Of a stretch of 64,000 nucleotides of DNA, positions 16,694 to 25,364 are shown piece after piece; position 1 is the first letter of the stretch, and every line of letters starts with the position of its first letter. A model generated the notes under the pieces. The model was not told the DNA's origin, searched no databases, and saw only the letters and a list, made by a program, of their open reading frames with translations. Origin of the DNA: Longimicrobiales bacterium. GTDB lineage: Bacteria > Gemmatimonadota > Gemmatimonadetes > Longimicrobiales > RSA9. A program made the position numbers and the translations under genes. The stretch covers positions 5,687-69,686 of the forward strand of contig DASVCS010000015.1 in the NCBI GenBank assembly GCA_036381495.1, written 5' to 3'.

Positions 16694-18637
16694 ATGACTC
16701 CGCAGGTCACGCTACGGCGCCCGACGCAGCCGGCCGAGGCCGCGAGCGCCGCCAGCGCGCACGAAGGGGAGCCGCGCGGACGCTATCTGGTGATGCTCTC
16801 GCTGACGGCGCTCGGCGTCGTCTTCGGCGACATCGGCACCAGCCCGCTCTACGCGCTCCGGGAGTGCTTCTTCGGCGAGCACGCCGTGGCGGTGACGGCC
16901 GCGAACGTGCTAGGCGTGTTGTCGCTCATCTTCTGGGCGCTCATCCTGGTCATCTCGGTCAAATACCTGACGTTCATCCTGCGCGCGGACAACCGCGGCG
17001 AGGGCGGGATCCTGGCGCTGATGGCGCTGGCGCGCCCCGAGGCGCGGGGGACGCCGGCGCGTCTGCCGCGCCTTGCCGCTTTCGGCATCTTCGGCGCTGC
17101 GCTGCTCTACGGGGACGGGATGATCACGCCGTCGATCTCGGTACTCAGCGCAGTGGAAGGGCTCGAAGTCGCGACGCCGGTGTTCCGGCCATACGTGATC
17201 CCGATCACGGTCGGGATCCTGGTGGCGCTTTTCCTGTTGCAACGTCGCGGCACCGCAGGGGTCGGCGCGATCTTCGGTCCCGTCACGCTGGTGTGGTTCA
17301 CGACGCTGGCGGGGCTCGGAATCCGGCAGATCATCCGCGAGCCATCGGTGCTCGCGGCGGTGAGCCCGCTGCATGCCGTCGACTTCTTCGTCCGCAACGG
17401 CGTCATCGGGTTCTTCGTGCTGGGCGCGGTCTTCCTGGTGGTGACGGGCGGCGAGGCGATGTACGCGGACATGGGCCACTTCGGGCGCCGCCCGATCCGG
17501 CTTGCCTGGTTCGGACTCGTCCTGCCGGCGCTGCTGCTCAACTATTTCGGCCAGGGCGCGCTCCTGCTGCACACGCCGGAGGCGGCGCACAACCCGTTCT
17601 ACCGGCTCGCGCCGGGGTGGGCCCTGATCCCGCTGGTCGTGTTGGCGACGGCGGCGACGGTCATCGCGTCGCAGGCGGTGATCTCGGGCGCATTCTCGCT
17701 GACCATGCAGGCCGTGCAACTCGGGTTCAGCCCGCGCGTGCACATCGACCACACGTCGGCCGAGGAGTTCGGCCAGATCTACATTCCCGGCATCAACTGG
17801 ACCCTGATGCTGGCGTGCATCGCGCTGGTCATCGGGTTCCGGACATCGAGCAACCTCGCGGCCGCGTACGGCGTGGCCGTGACCACCGACATGGTCTTCG
17901 CCTCGATCCTCTTCTTCGCGGTCCTCCGCGGCCGCTGGCGCTGGAGCGTGTGGGCCGCGCTCGCACTCGTCGGCGCGTTCCTGACCATGGACCTGTCGTT
18001 CTGGGGCGCGAACATCGTCAAGGTTCCCGATGGCGGCTGGGTCCCGCTCGCCGTCGCCGCCACGATCTTCACGCTCATGACGACGTGGAAGCGAGGCCGC
18101 GGGATCCTTGCCCGACGCCTGAACTCCACCTCCATTCCCTTCGATGCGTTCCTCGAGGGACTGATCGCGCACCCGCCGGTGCGCGTCCCCGGGACGGCCG
18201 TCTTCATGACCGGCAACCCCGGCGCCACGCCGCCGGCGCTGTTGCACAACCTCAAGCACAACCAGGTGCTGCACGAGCAGGTCGTCCTCCTCACCGTGGT
18301 GATGGAAGAGGTCCCGCACGTGCCTCGCTCCCGGCGCATGCAGCTCGAGGAGCTCGGCGGCGGCTTCTACCGCCTGACCGCGCGGTACGGCTACATGGAA
18401 GAGCCTGACGTGCCGAAGGTCCTCACGCAGGCCGGGCGCCTCGGCCTGCACACCGACCTCATGCGCACCACTTTCTTTCTCGGTCGCGAACACCTCATCG
18501 CCTCCCGCAAGCGGGGAATGGCCCTCTGGCGCGAAAAGCTCTTCGCACTCCTCACCCGCAACGCCACCAGCGCCACCGCCTTCTTCCGGATTCCGCCCAA
18601 CCGGGTCGTCGAGATGGGGATGCAGATCGAGATCTGA
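16694..18637 (+). CDS. kup: KUP/HAK/KT potassium uptake transporter
   Basis: ORF 16553..18637(+), trimmed to the ATG at 16694. LTALGVVFGDIGTSPLYALRECF...ADNRGEGGILALMAL...TGGEAMYADMGHFG are diagnostic Kup motifs. Confidence 0.9.
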   Translation: MTPQVTLRRPTQPAEAASAASAHEGEPRGRYLVMLSLTALGVVFGDIGTSPLYALRECFFGEHAVAVTAANVLGVLSLIFWALILVISVKYLTFILRADNRGEGGILALMALARPEARGTPARLPRLAAFGIFGAALLYGDGMITPSISVLSAVEGLEVATPVFRPYVIPITVGILVALFLLQRRGTAGVGAIFGPVTLVWFTTLAGLGIRQIIREPSVLAAVSPLHAVDFFVRNGVIGFFVLGAVFLVVTGGEAMYADMGHFGRRPIRLAWFGLVLPALLLNYFGQGALLLHTPEAAHNPFYRLAPGWALIPLVVLATAATVIASQAVISGAFSLTMQAVQLGFSPRVHIDHTSAEEFGQIYIPGINWTLMLACIALVIGFRTSSNLAAAYGVAVTTDMVFASILFFAVLRGRWRWSVWAALALVGAFLTMDLSFWGANIVKVPDGGWVPLAVAATIFTLMTTWKRGRGILARRLNSTSIPFDAFLEGLIAHPPVRVPGTAVFMTGNPGATPPALLHNLKHNQVLHEQVVLLTVVMEEVPHVPRSRRMQLEELGGGFYRLTARYGYMEEPDVPKVLTQAGRLGLHTDLMRTTFFLGREHLIASRKRGMALWREKLFALLTRNATSATAFFRIPPNRVVEMGMQIEI

Positions 18638-18673
18638 GATCAGGTTCGCGGGAACCGGTCAGTGTTACTGCAC

Positions 18674-18788
18674 GGGAACGGGAGCGGCGGCTGCGCCGCC
18701 TGGAGCGGGAACGTTTACGTTTACGGGAAACGGGAGCGCCCTCCGTGCCCGTAAACGTAAACGTTCCCGCTCCCGTTCCCGCTCCCGG
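18674..18788. repeat. Repeat family A, palindromic copy (26-bp perfect stem)
   Basis: GGAGCGGGAACGTTTACGTTTACGGG (18702-18727) is the exact reverse complement of 18748-18773, with a 20-nt loop. 18680-18728 is identical (49/49) to 25055-25103. A C-rich hexamer tail (GTTCCCGATCCCGCCCGATCCC) continues to about 18905. Confidence 0.9.
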
Positions 18789-18973
18789 AGGTCACCCCGA
18801 ATCGCGCACGGTCCATGCGAACTTGATCTGAGGGAGCGGCGCAGTCGCGGCGCCTGTCCCTGCAAGCGTTGTCGCTGCCGTTCCCGATCCCGCCCGATCC
18901 CGTCGCGGCCAGACGTAATTCGCCGAGCCGAGCCTGAAATTCGAGCGTCCTGTCCGGGTGTACCGCGGTGCGC

Positions 18974-19002
18974 TTGACACTTCGGTGTTTGTTCGGTATC
19001 CT
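18974..19002 (+). promoter_or_regulatory. Sigma70-like promoter of the radical-SAM gene, with direct repeats in the spacer
   Basis: TTGACA (18974-18979), a 17-nt spacer, then TATCCT (18997-19002). The spacer carries TTCGGT twice with an 11-nt period (18981, 18992). The ATG is at 19029, preceded by GGAGGGGGA. Confidence 0.5.
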
Positions 19003-19028
19003 GTCGGCGGAATCAGCCGGAGGGGGAG

Positions 19029-20312
19029 ATGACGCGGGATCCGGATCTGGGGCGGAAGCTCGAGCTGCTGATGTCGCTGGCGATCGACGACCGGGAGGCG
19101 GGGGCGCCGCCGGCCGGGCGCGCGCTGCCGCCGCGCCTGCGGAACGCGGGGGAGGCCGGTGTTTTGCGGCCGCTGAACCTGCGAGAGGTGCGGGCGCGGG
19201 GCGGCGGGCGCGTGTGGCTGCTGCGGGTGTTGATGACGAACGCGTGCAGCTTCAACTGCCACTATTGTCCGATGCGCCGGGACCGTGAGCTTCCCCGCAC
19301 ATTGCTCAAGCCGGAGGAGCTGGTGCGGATCTTCCTGGGCGCGTACCGGCGCGGCTGGTGCAGCGGGCTGTTCATCACGACGGGGATCCCGGGGCGGCCG
19401 GTGAAGGTGATGGACGACCTGATCGAAGTGCTGGAGTCGTTGCGCGAGCGACACGGCTTCCGGGGCTACGTGCACGTGAAGCTGGTGCCGGGCGCTGAGG
19501 CGGCGCAGATCGAGCGGCTGACCGCGCTGGCGAGCCGCGTTTCGCTGAACCTGGAGGCGCCGTGCGGTGCGAGCCTGACGCGGATCGCGCCGGAAAAGCG
19601 CTTCGATGAGGCGCTCGCGGAGCTGGACACGGCGCGGCGCCTGGTGTTGCGGGAGTTGGCGGAGGAGGCGGACGGCAAGCGTCGCGACCCGCTACGGCCG
19701 GGTGGTGCATCTGGAATGACCACGCAGTTCGTCGTGGGTGCGACGTCCGACACGGACCGTGCGATTCTGGGCAGGGCCGCTGCGCTGTACGCGAGCGGCG
19801 GGGTCCACCACACGCATTACAGCGGTTTCCGGCCGATCCGTGGCACGCCGATGGAGGACGTGCCGGAGGTTCCGGCGATGCGCGAGCACCGACTGTACCA
19901 GGCGGATCACCTGTTGCGCCTCTACGACTTCGCGCCCGATGAGGTGGTCTACGACGACGAGGGGAACCTGCCACTCGCGCTCGATCCGAAGGCTGCCTGG
20001 GCGCTCGCGCATCCGGAGCGGTTCCCGGTCGAGGTCCGCACGGCCTCCTATCGGGCGTTGATCCGGGTCCCGGGGATCGGTCCCGTCGTCGCGCGCCGCA
20101 TCATCGCCGAGCGTCGCACGACGCAGTTCAGGGGTCTCGCGGACTTGCGGCGACTCGGCGTGATCGCGCGGCGGGCGGCGGGCTTCCTCACGCTCGCCGG
20201 CCGGCGTCTGGGGGATGTCCGCTGGGCCGAACAGCTCTCGTTGTGGGGAGCGGACGACCCGGCGGGCATCCCCTCGCGCCTCTACGAGGTGAGCCCGGGG
20301 ACGTTCCGGTAA
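19029..20312 (+). CDS. Radical SAM protein of the putative DNA modification/repair type, with a C-terminal helix-hairpin-helix
   Basis: CX3CX2C cluster NACSFNCHYCPMRRD. The C-terminal HhH is LIRVPGIGPVVARRIIAER. Length and layout match the rSAM family that is normally linked to a UDG-like/DUF4130 partner. Confidence 0.75.
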   Translation: MTRDPDLGRKLELLMSLAIDDREAGAPPAGRALPPRLRNAGEAGVLRPLNLREVRARGGGRVWLLRVLMTNACSFNCHYCPMRRDRELPRTLLKPEELVRIFLGAYRRGWCSGLFITTGIPGRPVKVMDDLIEVLESLRERHGFRGYVHVKLVPGAEAAQIERLTALASRVSLNLEAPCGASLTRIAPEKRFDEALAELDTARRLVLRELAEEADGKRRDPLRPGGASGMTTQFVVGATSDTDRAILGRAAALYASGGVHHTHYSGFRPIRGTPMEDVPEVPAMREHRLYQADHLLRLYDFAPDEVVYDDEGNLPLALDPKAAWALAHPERFPVEVRTASYRALIRVPGIGPVVARRIIAERRTTQFRGLADLRRLGVIARRAAGFLTLAGRRLGDVRWAEQLSLWGADDPAGIPSRLYEVSPGTFR

Positions 20313-20379
20313 GACAGTCGGCGCGAGGGGGCACCGGACGGCGCGATCGGGGCCGTGTCGGTCGTGGTGCGGAGCCGCC

Positions 20380-20898
20380 TCACGGCTCGATCACGAGCGG
20401 CACCGATCCGCCGGCCTTCTCGATCCTGTGGGCCAGAGCCACCGCATCGCTCTCCGTCATGCGGATGCACCCGTGGGATGCGGCCGCGCCGATCGAGGCG
20501 GGGTCGTTCGTTCCGTGGATGAAGTAGCTCGGCTCACGGAAGTAGATCTTTACGCCCCGCATCGGATTCTTCGGATCGCCGGGCGCACGCGGCTTCTCGC
20601 CGCGGGCCCAGGGCGAGTTCGGCGGGTTCCACCCAGGGTTCCACACGATCCGGCCGGTCCGGAAGGTGCCGGTCGGCGTCGGATGACCCGGCATTCCGAC
20701 GGCAATGTTGTATGTCTGCACGGTCTCACCGTCTTCAATGACGTAGAGGTGGCGCTCCGAGAGGTCGACTTTCAGTCGCAGCGGCGGCGTGGTATCGAGG
20801 AACTCCGCGACATTGGATCTGAACAGCAGCACCGCCGCGGCGATCGGGATCGCGAAGAGGAACAACGCCAGCGGCAGGCGGTACGTCGGACGTGGCAT
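20380..20898 (-). CDS. L,D-transpeptidase (YkuD domain)
   Basis: ORF 20380..20937(-), ATG at 20898. TM/signal MPRPTYRLPLALFLFAIPIAAAVLLF. The catalytic motif is HGTNDPASIGAAASHGCIRM. Confidence 0.85.
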   Translation of the reverse strand: MPRPTYRLPLALFLFAIPIAAAVLLFRSNVAEFLDTTPPLRLKVDLSERHLYVIEDGETVQTYNIAVGMPGHPTPTGTFRTGRIVWNPGWNPPNSPWARGEKPRAPGDPKNPMRGVKIYFREPSYFIHGTNDPASIGAAASHGCIRMTESDAVALAHRIEKAGGSVPLVIEP

Positions 20899-21092
20899 GC
20901 TCCCTCCCAGTTGTGGGTCCAGGGATAGGGGGAGCAAATCGTGTTCCGGAACGGAGCTGGCCCGTTCCCGCGGGTGTGCATGGGGTGGTCGGTCCGCCGG
21001 ACGGCTGCCGCAGCGCTTCGGCGTCGTGGACGCCGGCGGAAGCGAGTCCGGGGGGACTGCCGAACGCGGCCCCGAACGGGCGGGGGCGCGCC

Positions 21093-22655
21093 CTACCGCG
21101 TGCCCATGGGCGGCGGCCCCAGCACGTCGCTCACGTCGAGGAAGCGGATATCGCCCAGCGCCTGCTCGCGGACCTGCGCTTCGATGGCCTCGCGGTCGCC
21201 GACGACGATGATCGCCAGGTTCTCGGGGTCGATGTACTCGTGGGCGACGCGCTCGACATCGGCCTTCGTGACGGCGAGGATGCGCTCGGTGTAGCGGTTG
21301 TACTCGTCGTCGGGGATGCCGTAGCGGACGATGTCGGCGAGGCGTCGGGCAATGCCGGCGACGGACTGAAACGCGGCCGGATAGCGCATGGCGAGGAAGC
21401 TCCGGGCGCGTTCGACCTCCTCCTCCGGGATCGGCTCGAGGATGCCCTGGAGCTCGTTCATGAACTCGCGGAGCGAGGCGCCGGTGGCATTGGTCTGGAC
21501 CGCCGCGGCGGCGATGAACGGGCCGGCAGCCGGCCGGAAATCGAAATTGGAGCCGGCGCCGTAGGTGTAGCCCTTGTCCTCGCGCAGGTTCTGGTTGAGA
21601 CGGGACGTGAACGATCCGCCGAGGATCGTGTTCATGACCTGGAGCGCGTAGTAGTCGTCGGTGTCCCGCGGCGGCCCGATGCGGCCGATGCGGATCACGG
21701 ACTGCGCGGCGCCGGGTTTGTCGACCAGGTAGACGGTACGGCCGTGGACCTGCTCGGCGTCCGCGACGTCCACCGGCGCGACGTCGTCGCCGGGCGTCCA
21801 GGCGCCGAACGCGGCTTCGAGCCGCTGGCGGAGGATCTCCGGCGTGACGTCGCCGACCACGACCACGGCCGCGTTGTTCGGGCGGTAGTAGCGGTCGTAG
21901 AAGGCGCGAACGTCGTCGGTACCGATGGCGCGCAGCGTTGCGGCATCGCCGATCGTACCGCGGCCGTAGGGGTGCGTCGCGCCGAAGAGCGCTTGCTCGA
22001 GGGTGACGCCGGCGATCCGGTTCGGCTCATCGCGCCGGCGGATCAGGAAGGTGAGGCGCTCCTGGCGCAGCCGGTCCAGCTCGGCGGCCGGGAAGTCGGG
22101 GTGCAGCGCGACGTCGGCCATGAGCGCCAGCGCCTCTTCCAGGCGCGCCACCGGCACGCGGAGCGACAGGGTGGCCAGGTGCAGGTCGGCGCCGATGTTG
22201 AAACGGGCGCCGAGACGCTCGAATGCGCCGGCGATGTCGAGTGCGGCCCGGCCGGCCGCGCCCTCATCGAGCATATCCGCGGTGAGGTCGGCGAGCCCGA
22301 CGGTACCCGCCTCATCGCGCACGCTCCCCGCGCGGACGTGCAGATTGACCTGCACCAGCGGGACTTCGTGTTTTTCGAGGAGCAGGACCTCGAGGCCGTT
22401 GTCGAGGGCGAACCGCTCGACCGCGGGCAATTCGAGCTCCGGGACGGGTCCGACGGCCGGGCGAGTGGTCCGGTCGGGGGGCTGGTCGCGCCCGCATCCG
22501 GGCGTTGCGGCGAGCGCGCCGGCGAGCGCGAGCGCAGCGGCGCCGCTCCGCGCCGGCCGCCTGGCGGGCCGGCCGTGGTTCTTCTCGCTTCCTGAGACGT
22601 CCATCGTCGTTCTCGGCTCCTCGGGGCTCCGGTTCGTGCAGCGGGAGTCGGGCAT
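21093..22655 (-). CDS. M16-family peptidase subunit lacking HxxEH (probably non-catalytic partner)
   Basis: Insulinase fold (NGLEVLLLEKHEVPLVQVNLHVRAGSVRDEAG...), but the zinc motif position reads GLADLTADML. The start at 22655 overlaps the upstream stop (TGATG); the alternative is ATG 22604. Confidence 0.8.
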   Translation of the reverse strand: MPDSRCTNRSPEEPRTTMDVSGSEKNHGRPARRPARSGAAALALAGALAATPGCGRDQPPDRTTRPAVGPVPELELPAVERFALDNGLEVLLLEKHEVPLVQVNLHVRAGSVRDEAGTVGLADLTADMLDEGAAGRAALDIAGAFERLGARFNIGADLHLATLSLRVPVARLEEALALMADVALHPDFPAAELDRLRQERLTFLIRRRDEPNRIAGVTLEQALFGATHPYGRGTIGDAATLRAIGTDDVRAFYDRYYRPNNAAVVVVGDVTPEILRQRLEAAFGAWTPGDDVAPVDVADAEQVHGRTVYLVDKPGAAQSVIRIGRIGPPRDTDDYYALQVMNTILGGSFTSRLNQNLREDKGYTYGAGSNFDFRPAAGPFIAAAAVQTNATGASLREFMNELQGILEPIPEEEVERARSFLAMRYPAAFQSVAGIARRLADIVRYGIPDDEYNRYTERILAVTKADVERVAHEYIDPENLAIIVVGDREAIEAQVREQALGDIRFLDVSDVLGPPPMGTR

Positions 22656-24082
22656 CAGCGGCCCGGAGCCGCGGCCGTTTTCGTGCCGCGCGCGTCCGGA
22701 CTCAACATCAGGTCATCCGCCGGAATGGCACGGCTGTCCGGGATCGCGAGCTCGGGCCGCCCGCGCGGCACAATGCTCAACACGACCCGCCGCGCCGGGT
22801 CCAGATACGTCCGGGCGGCCGCACTCACCGCGGCGGGCTCGAGGGCGCGAAAGCGCTCGAGGTCCTGGTTGAAATAGTCCGGCGTACCCGTGTAGTAGAA
22901 GTACTCGTTCAACTGGTTCGCCTTGGCTGCCACGCTCTGGAGGCGCTCGAGGAAGCCCACCTCGTACTGGTTGACGATCCGCTCGAGTTCGGCCGCCTCC
23001 GGCGGCTCGCCCTTCACGCGCTCGAGCTCTGCCAGGATCTCGCGATCCAGCTCCTCGAGCGTGTGGCCGGCGCGCGCCGTCGCCACGATGACGAACTCCC
23101 CGGCCAGCTTGCCGCCCCGCTGGTACGCCGAAACATCATCGGCGATCTGTAGATCGTAGACGAGCCGCCGATACAGGCGCGAACTCTTCCCGCCCGCGAG
23201 CAACTCGGAGAGCGCGATCAGCGCAGCATCATCCTCCGCGTACGCCGGCGTGGTCAGCCAGGCCATGTACAGGCGCGGGAGCTGCACCCGGTCTTCGAGC
23301 AGGATCCGCTCCGTCCGCTCGATCTTCGGCTCCGCAGGCGCCAGCGCCTCGACCGCCGGGCCCCGCGGGATCTCGCCGAACCACTTCTCGACCAGCCGCC
23401 GCGCCTCCGCCGGATCGATGTCCCCCGCGATCACCAGACTCGCGTTGTTCGGCGTGTAGTACCGCTGGAAGAAACCGACCACGTCGTCGTACGTCGCCGC
23501 GCTCAGATCGTCCATGTACCCGATCACCGGCCAGTGGTACGGGAACGACGCCGGATACAGCGCCTCGGTCAGGAGCTGCGACGCCAGACCATACGGACGG
23601 TTGTCGTAGCTCTGCCGCCGCTCGTTCTTCACCACATCCCGCTGGCCATCCACCACCGCCGGCGACATCGCATCCAGCAGGTACCCCATCCGGTCCGACT
23701 CGATGAAGAGCGCCAGATCGAGCGCGTTGCTCGAAAACGTCTGCATGTAGTTCGTGCGGTCGCGCGTCGTCGAGCCGTTCGGCGAGCCGCCCACCGCCTC
23801 GAACCATTCGTCGATCTTCCCCTCCGGTACGTTCTTCGACCCCTCGAACATGATGTGCTCGAAGAGGTGCGCGAAGCCCGTCCGCCCCGGATCCTCCCGC
23901 GCAGAGCCGACGTGATACCAGATGTTGGTCGCGATCACGGGCGTCGACGCATCCCTGTGCAGGATCACCGTCAGCCCGTTCGGCAGCGTGAACTGTTCGT
24001 ACGGCACTTCGATGCGCGTTTCCTGGCCGATCACCGGCCGAGCAAGGGCGAGCAGTGCGGTGAAGGCGATCAGTGTCTTCAT
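22655..24082 (-). CDS. M16-family zinc peptidase (pitrilysin/insulinase type), secreted
   Basis: ORF 22655..24349(-), trimmed to the ATG at 24082. Signal MKTLIAFTALLALARPVIGQ. The zinc motif is GFAHLFEHIMFEGSKNV (HxxEH). Confidence 0.85.
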   Translation of the reverse strand: MKTLIAFTALLALARPVIGQETRIEVPYEQFTLPNGLTVILHRDASTPVIATNIWYHVGSAREDPGRTGFAHLFEHIMFEGSKNVPEGKIDEWFEAVGGSPNGSTTRDRTNYMQTFSSNALDLALFIESDRMGYLLDAMSPAVVDGQRDVVKNERRQSYDNRPYGLASQLLTEALYPASFPYHWPVIGYMDDLSAATYDDVVGFFQRYYTPNNASLVIAGDIDPAEARRLVEKWFGEIPRGPAVEALAPAEPKIERTERILLEDRVQLPRLYMAWLTTPAYAEDDAALIALSELLAGGKSSRLYRRLVYDLQIADDVSAYQRGGKLAGEFVIVATARAGHTLEELDREILAELERVKGEPPEAAELERIVNQYEVGFLERLQSVAAKANQLNEYFYYTGTPDYFNQDLERFRALEPAAVSAAARTYLDPARRVVLSIVPRGRPELAIPDSRAIPADDLMLSPDARGTKTAAAPGR

Positions 24083-24196
24083 GGGGTGTTCCCGGTTCGG
24101 GGAGTCGTCCCTGCCCCAATCTGACGAAGAAACAGAACATTGCCAAGGGGCGGCGGCCGTCGTGTGCGCGACCTCGCGCCTCGACGGAAAGTGTGC

Positions 24197-24225
24197 TTGA
24201 CAGTCTGACAAATGTCCTTTACATT
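24197..24225 (+). promoter_or_regulatory. Sigma70-like promoter of the membrane-protein/XRE operon
   Basis: TTGACA (24197-24202), a 17-nt spacer, then TACATT (24220-24225). The spacer contains GACA-aa-TGTC, a possible operator. Confidence 0.45.
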
Positions 24226-24347
24226 GGCGCGAGTGGGTGCCGGGGTTGCCGCGTATGGAGAGCGGCTCGCGGGGGGCTCGGCGTTCAGCGGCCGCGGCGT
24301 GGGGGTCCGGCGTCGCGGCCGGGCGCTCGGAACGAACGGGAGGGCGC

Positions 24348-24746
24348 ATGACGGAGACGGTGGCCTACCGTCGGACGAAGCGGCGGTACGTGAAGGAGTT
24401 CGGCGCGGCGATGCTGGGTTACGGCGTGGTGCTGGTGGCGTCGCTGATGTGGCTGGAGGCGCACCCGGAATCGGCGTGGCGGGTCCCGGTGTCAGTGGCG
24501 CCGGTGGTACCGATCGGGCTTGCGTTGTGGGCGGCGGTGCGGCTGTTCCGCCGCCTGGACGAGCTGCATCGGCGGATCCAGGTCGAGGCGCTGGCGTTCG
24601 CGTTCACGGGGAGCGCGCTGTTCGTGATCACGTACGGATTCCTGGAGGGGGCGGGCTTCCCGAAGCTGACGATGTGGTGGGCGTGGACGGTGATGGGCGT
24701 GTTGTGGGGGGTCGGACACTGCATCGCGAGGTGGCGTTACCGGTGA
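24348..24746 (+). CDS. Small integral membrane protein (4 TM segments), unknown function
   Basis: ORF 24237..24746(+), trimmed to the ATG at 24348 (MTETVAYRRTKRRYVKEFGAAMLGYGVVLVASLMWL...). Its stop overlaps the GTG of the next gene (GTGA). Confidence 0.6.
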   Translation: MTETVAYRRTKRRYVKEFGAAMLGYGVVLVASLMWLEAHPESAWRVPVSVAPVVPIGLALWAAVRLFRRLDELHRRIQVEALAFAFTGSALFVITYGFLEGAGFPKLTMWWAWTVMGVLWGVGHCIARWRYR

Positions 24747-24952
24747 GGAATCGCCTGAGGGTGCTGCGAGCGGAGCGGGGTTGGTCGCAGGTCGAGCTGG
24801 CGGAGCGGCTGGGGGTTTCGCGACAGACGGTGAACGCGCTCGAGAACGACCGCTACGATCCGAGTCTGCCGCTGGCGTTCAGGATCGGCCGGCTGTTCGG
24901 GCTGCCGATCGAGGAGATCTTCTTGGATGGGGGCGCGCAGGAGGAGGGCTAG
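24743..24952 (+). CDS. Small XRE-family HTH regulator (YozG-like)
   Basis: This is the tail of ORF 24212..24952(+) from the GTG at 24743: VRNRLRVLRAERGWSQVELAERLGVSRQTVNALENDRYDPSLPLAFRIGRLFGLPIEEIF. The stop TAG lies in the first hexamer of repeat copy B. Confidence 0.8.
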   Translation: MRNRLRVLRAERGWSQVELAERLGVSRQTVNALENDRYDPSLPLAFRIGRLFGLPIEEIFLDGGAQEEG

Positions 24953-25330
24953 GGCTAGGGCTAGGGCTAGGGCTGGGGCTGGGGCTGGGGTTGCCCGGGA
25001 GGAGGTGCGGTGGAGGGGAGGACGGCCCTGGTATGGCCGGGAACGGCCGGGAGCGGGAGCGGCGGCTGCGCCGCCTGGAGCGGGAACGTTTACGTTTACG
25101 GGAGTGGCGGCGGCCGGGACGGGGGGCGATGGAGGGCGGAACGGCCGGGAAGGGCCCGGGAGGGCGTGTGGTGGAGGGGGAAGGGCCGGGTATGGCCCGG
25201 AGGGGGCGGAGCGCGGTTGATGCGGCGCCGTCGGGACGTACGGACGGGCGGGGCATGGCGGGGAGCGGTGTGGTGGAGGGGGCGGTGGGACGCGTGCGCG
25301 TACACGGTGGGCATGGGGGCTTCGGGCGAG
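24946..25330 (+). repeat. Repeat family A, composite G-rich element (copy B, with internal triplication)
   Basis: Seven GGGCTR hexamers (24946-24987), then the same modules as 12593-12831 plus a GGCGGC-tgc-GCCGCC hairpin module. (GTTTAC)2 is at about 25088-25099. The GGTG(C/T)GGTGGAGGGG module occurs three times (about 25005, 25170, 25268). Confidence 0.85.
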
Positions 25331-25364
25331 CGGCTGAGATGAACGGCGGGATGGAGGGGTGACC

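Noticed and set aside
24946-24987. The hexamer arrays might be a CRISPR array or a chromosome/telomere end.
   Set aside because: The units are 6 nt with no spacers and no cas genes. The arrays are only 5-7 units long and are embedded between ordinary chromosomal genes on both sides.
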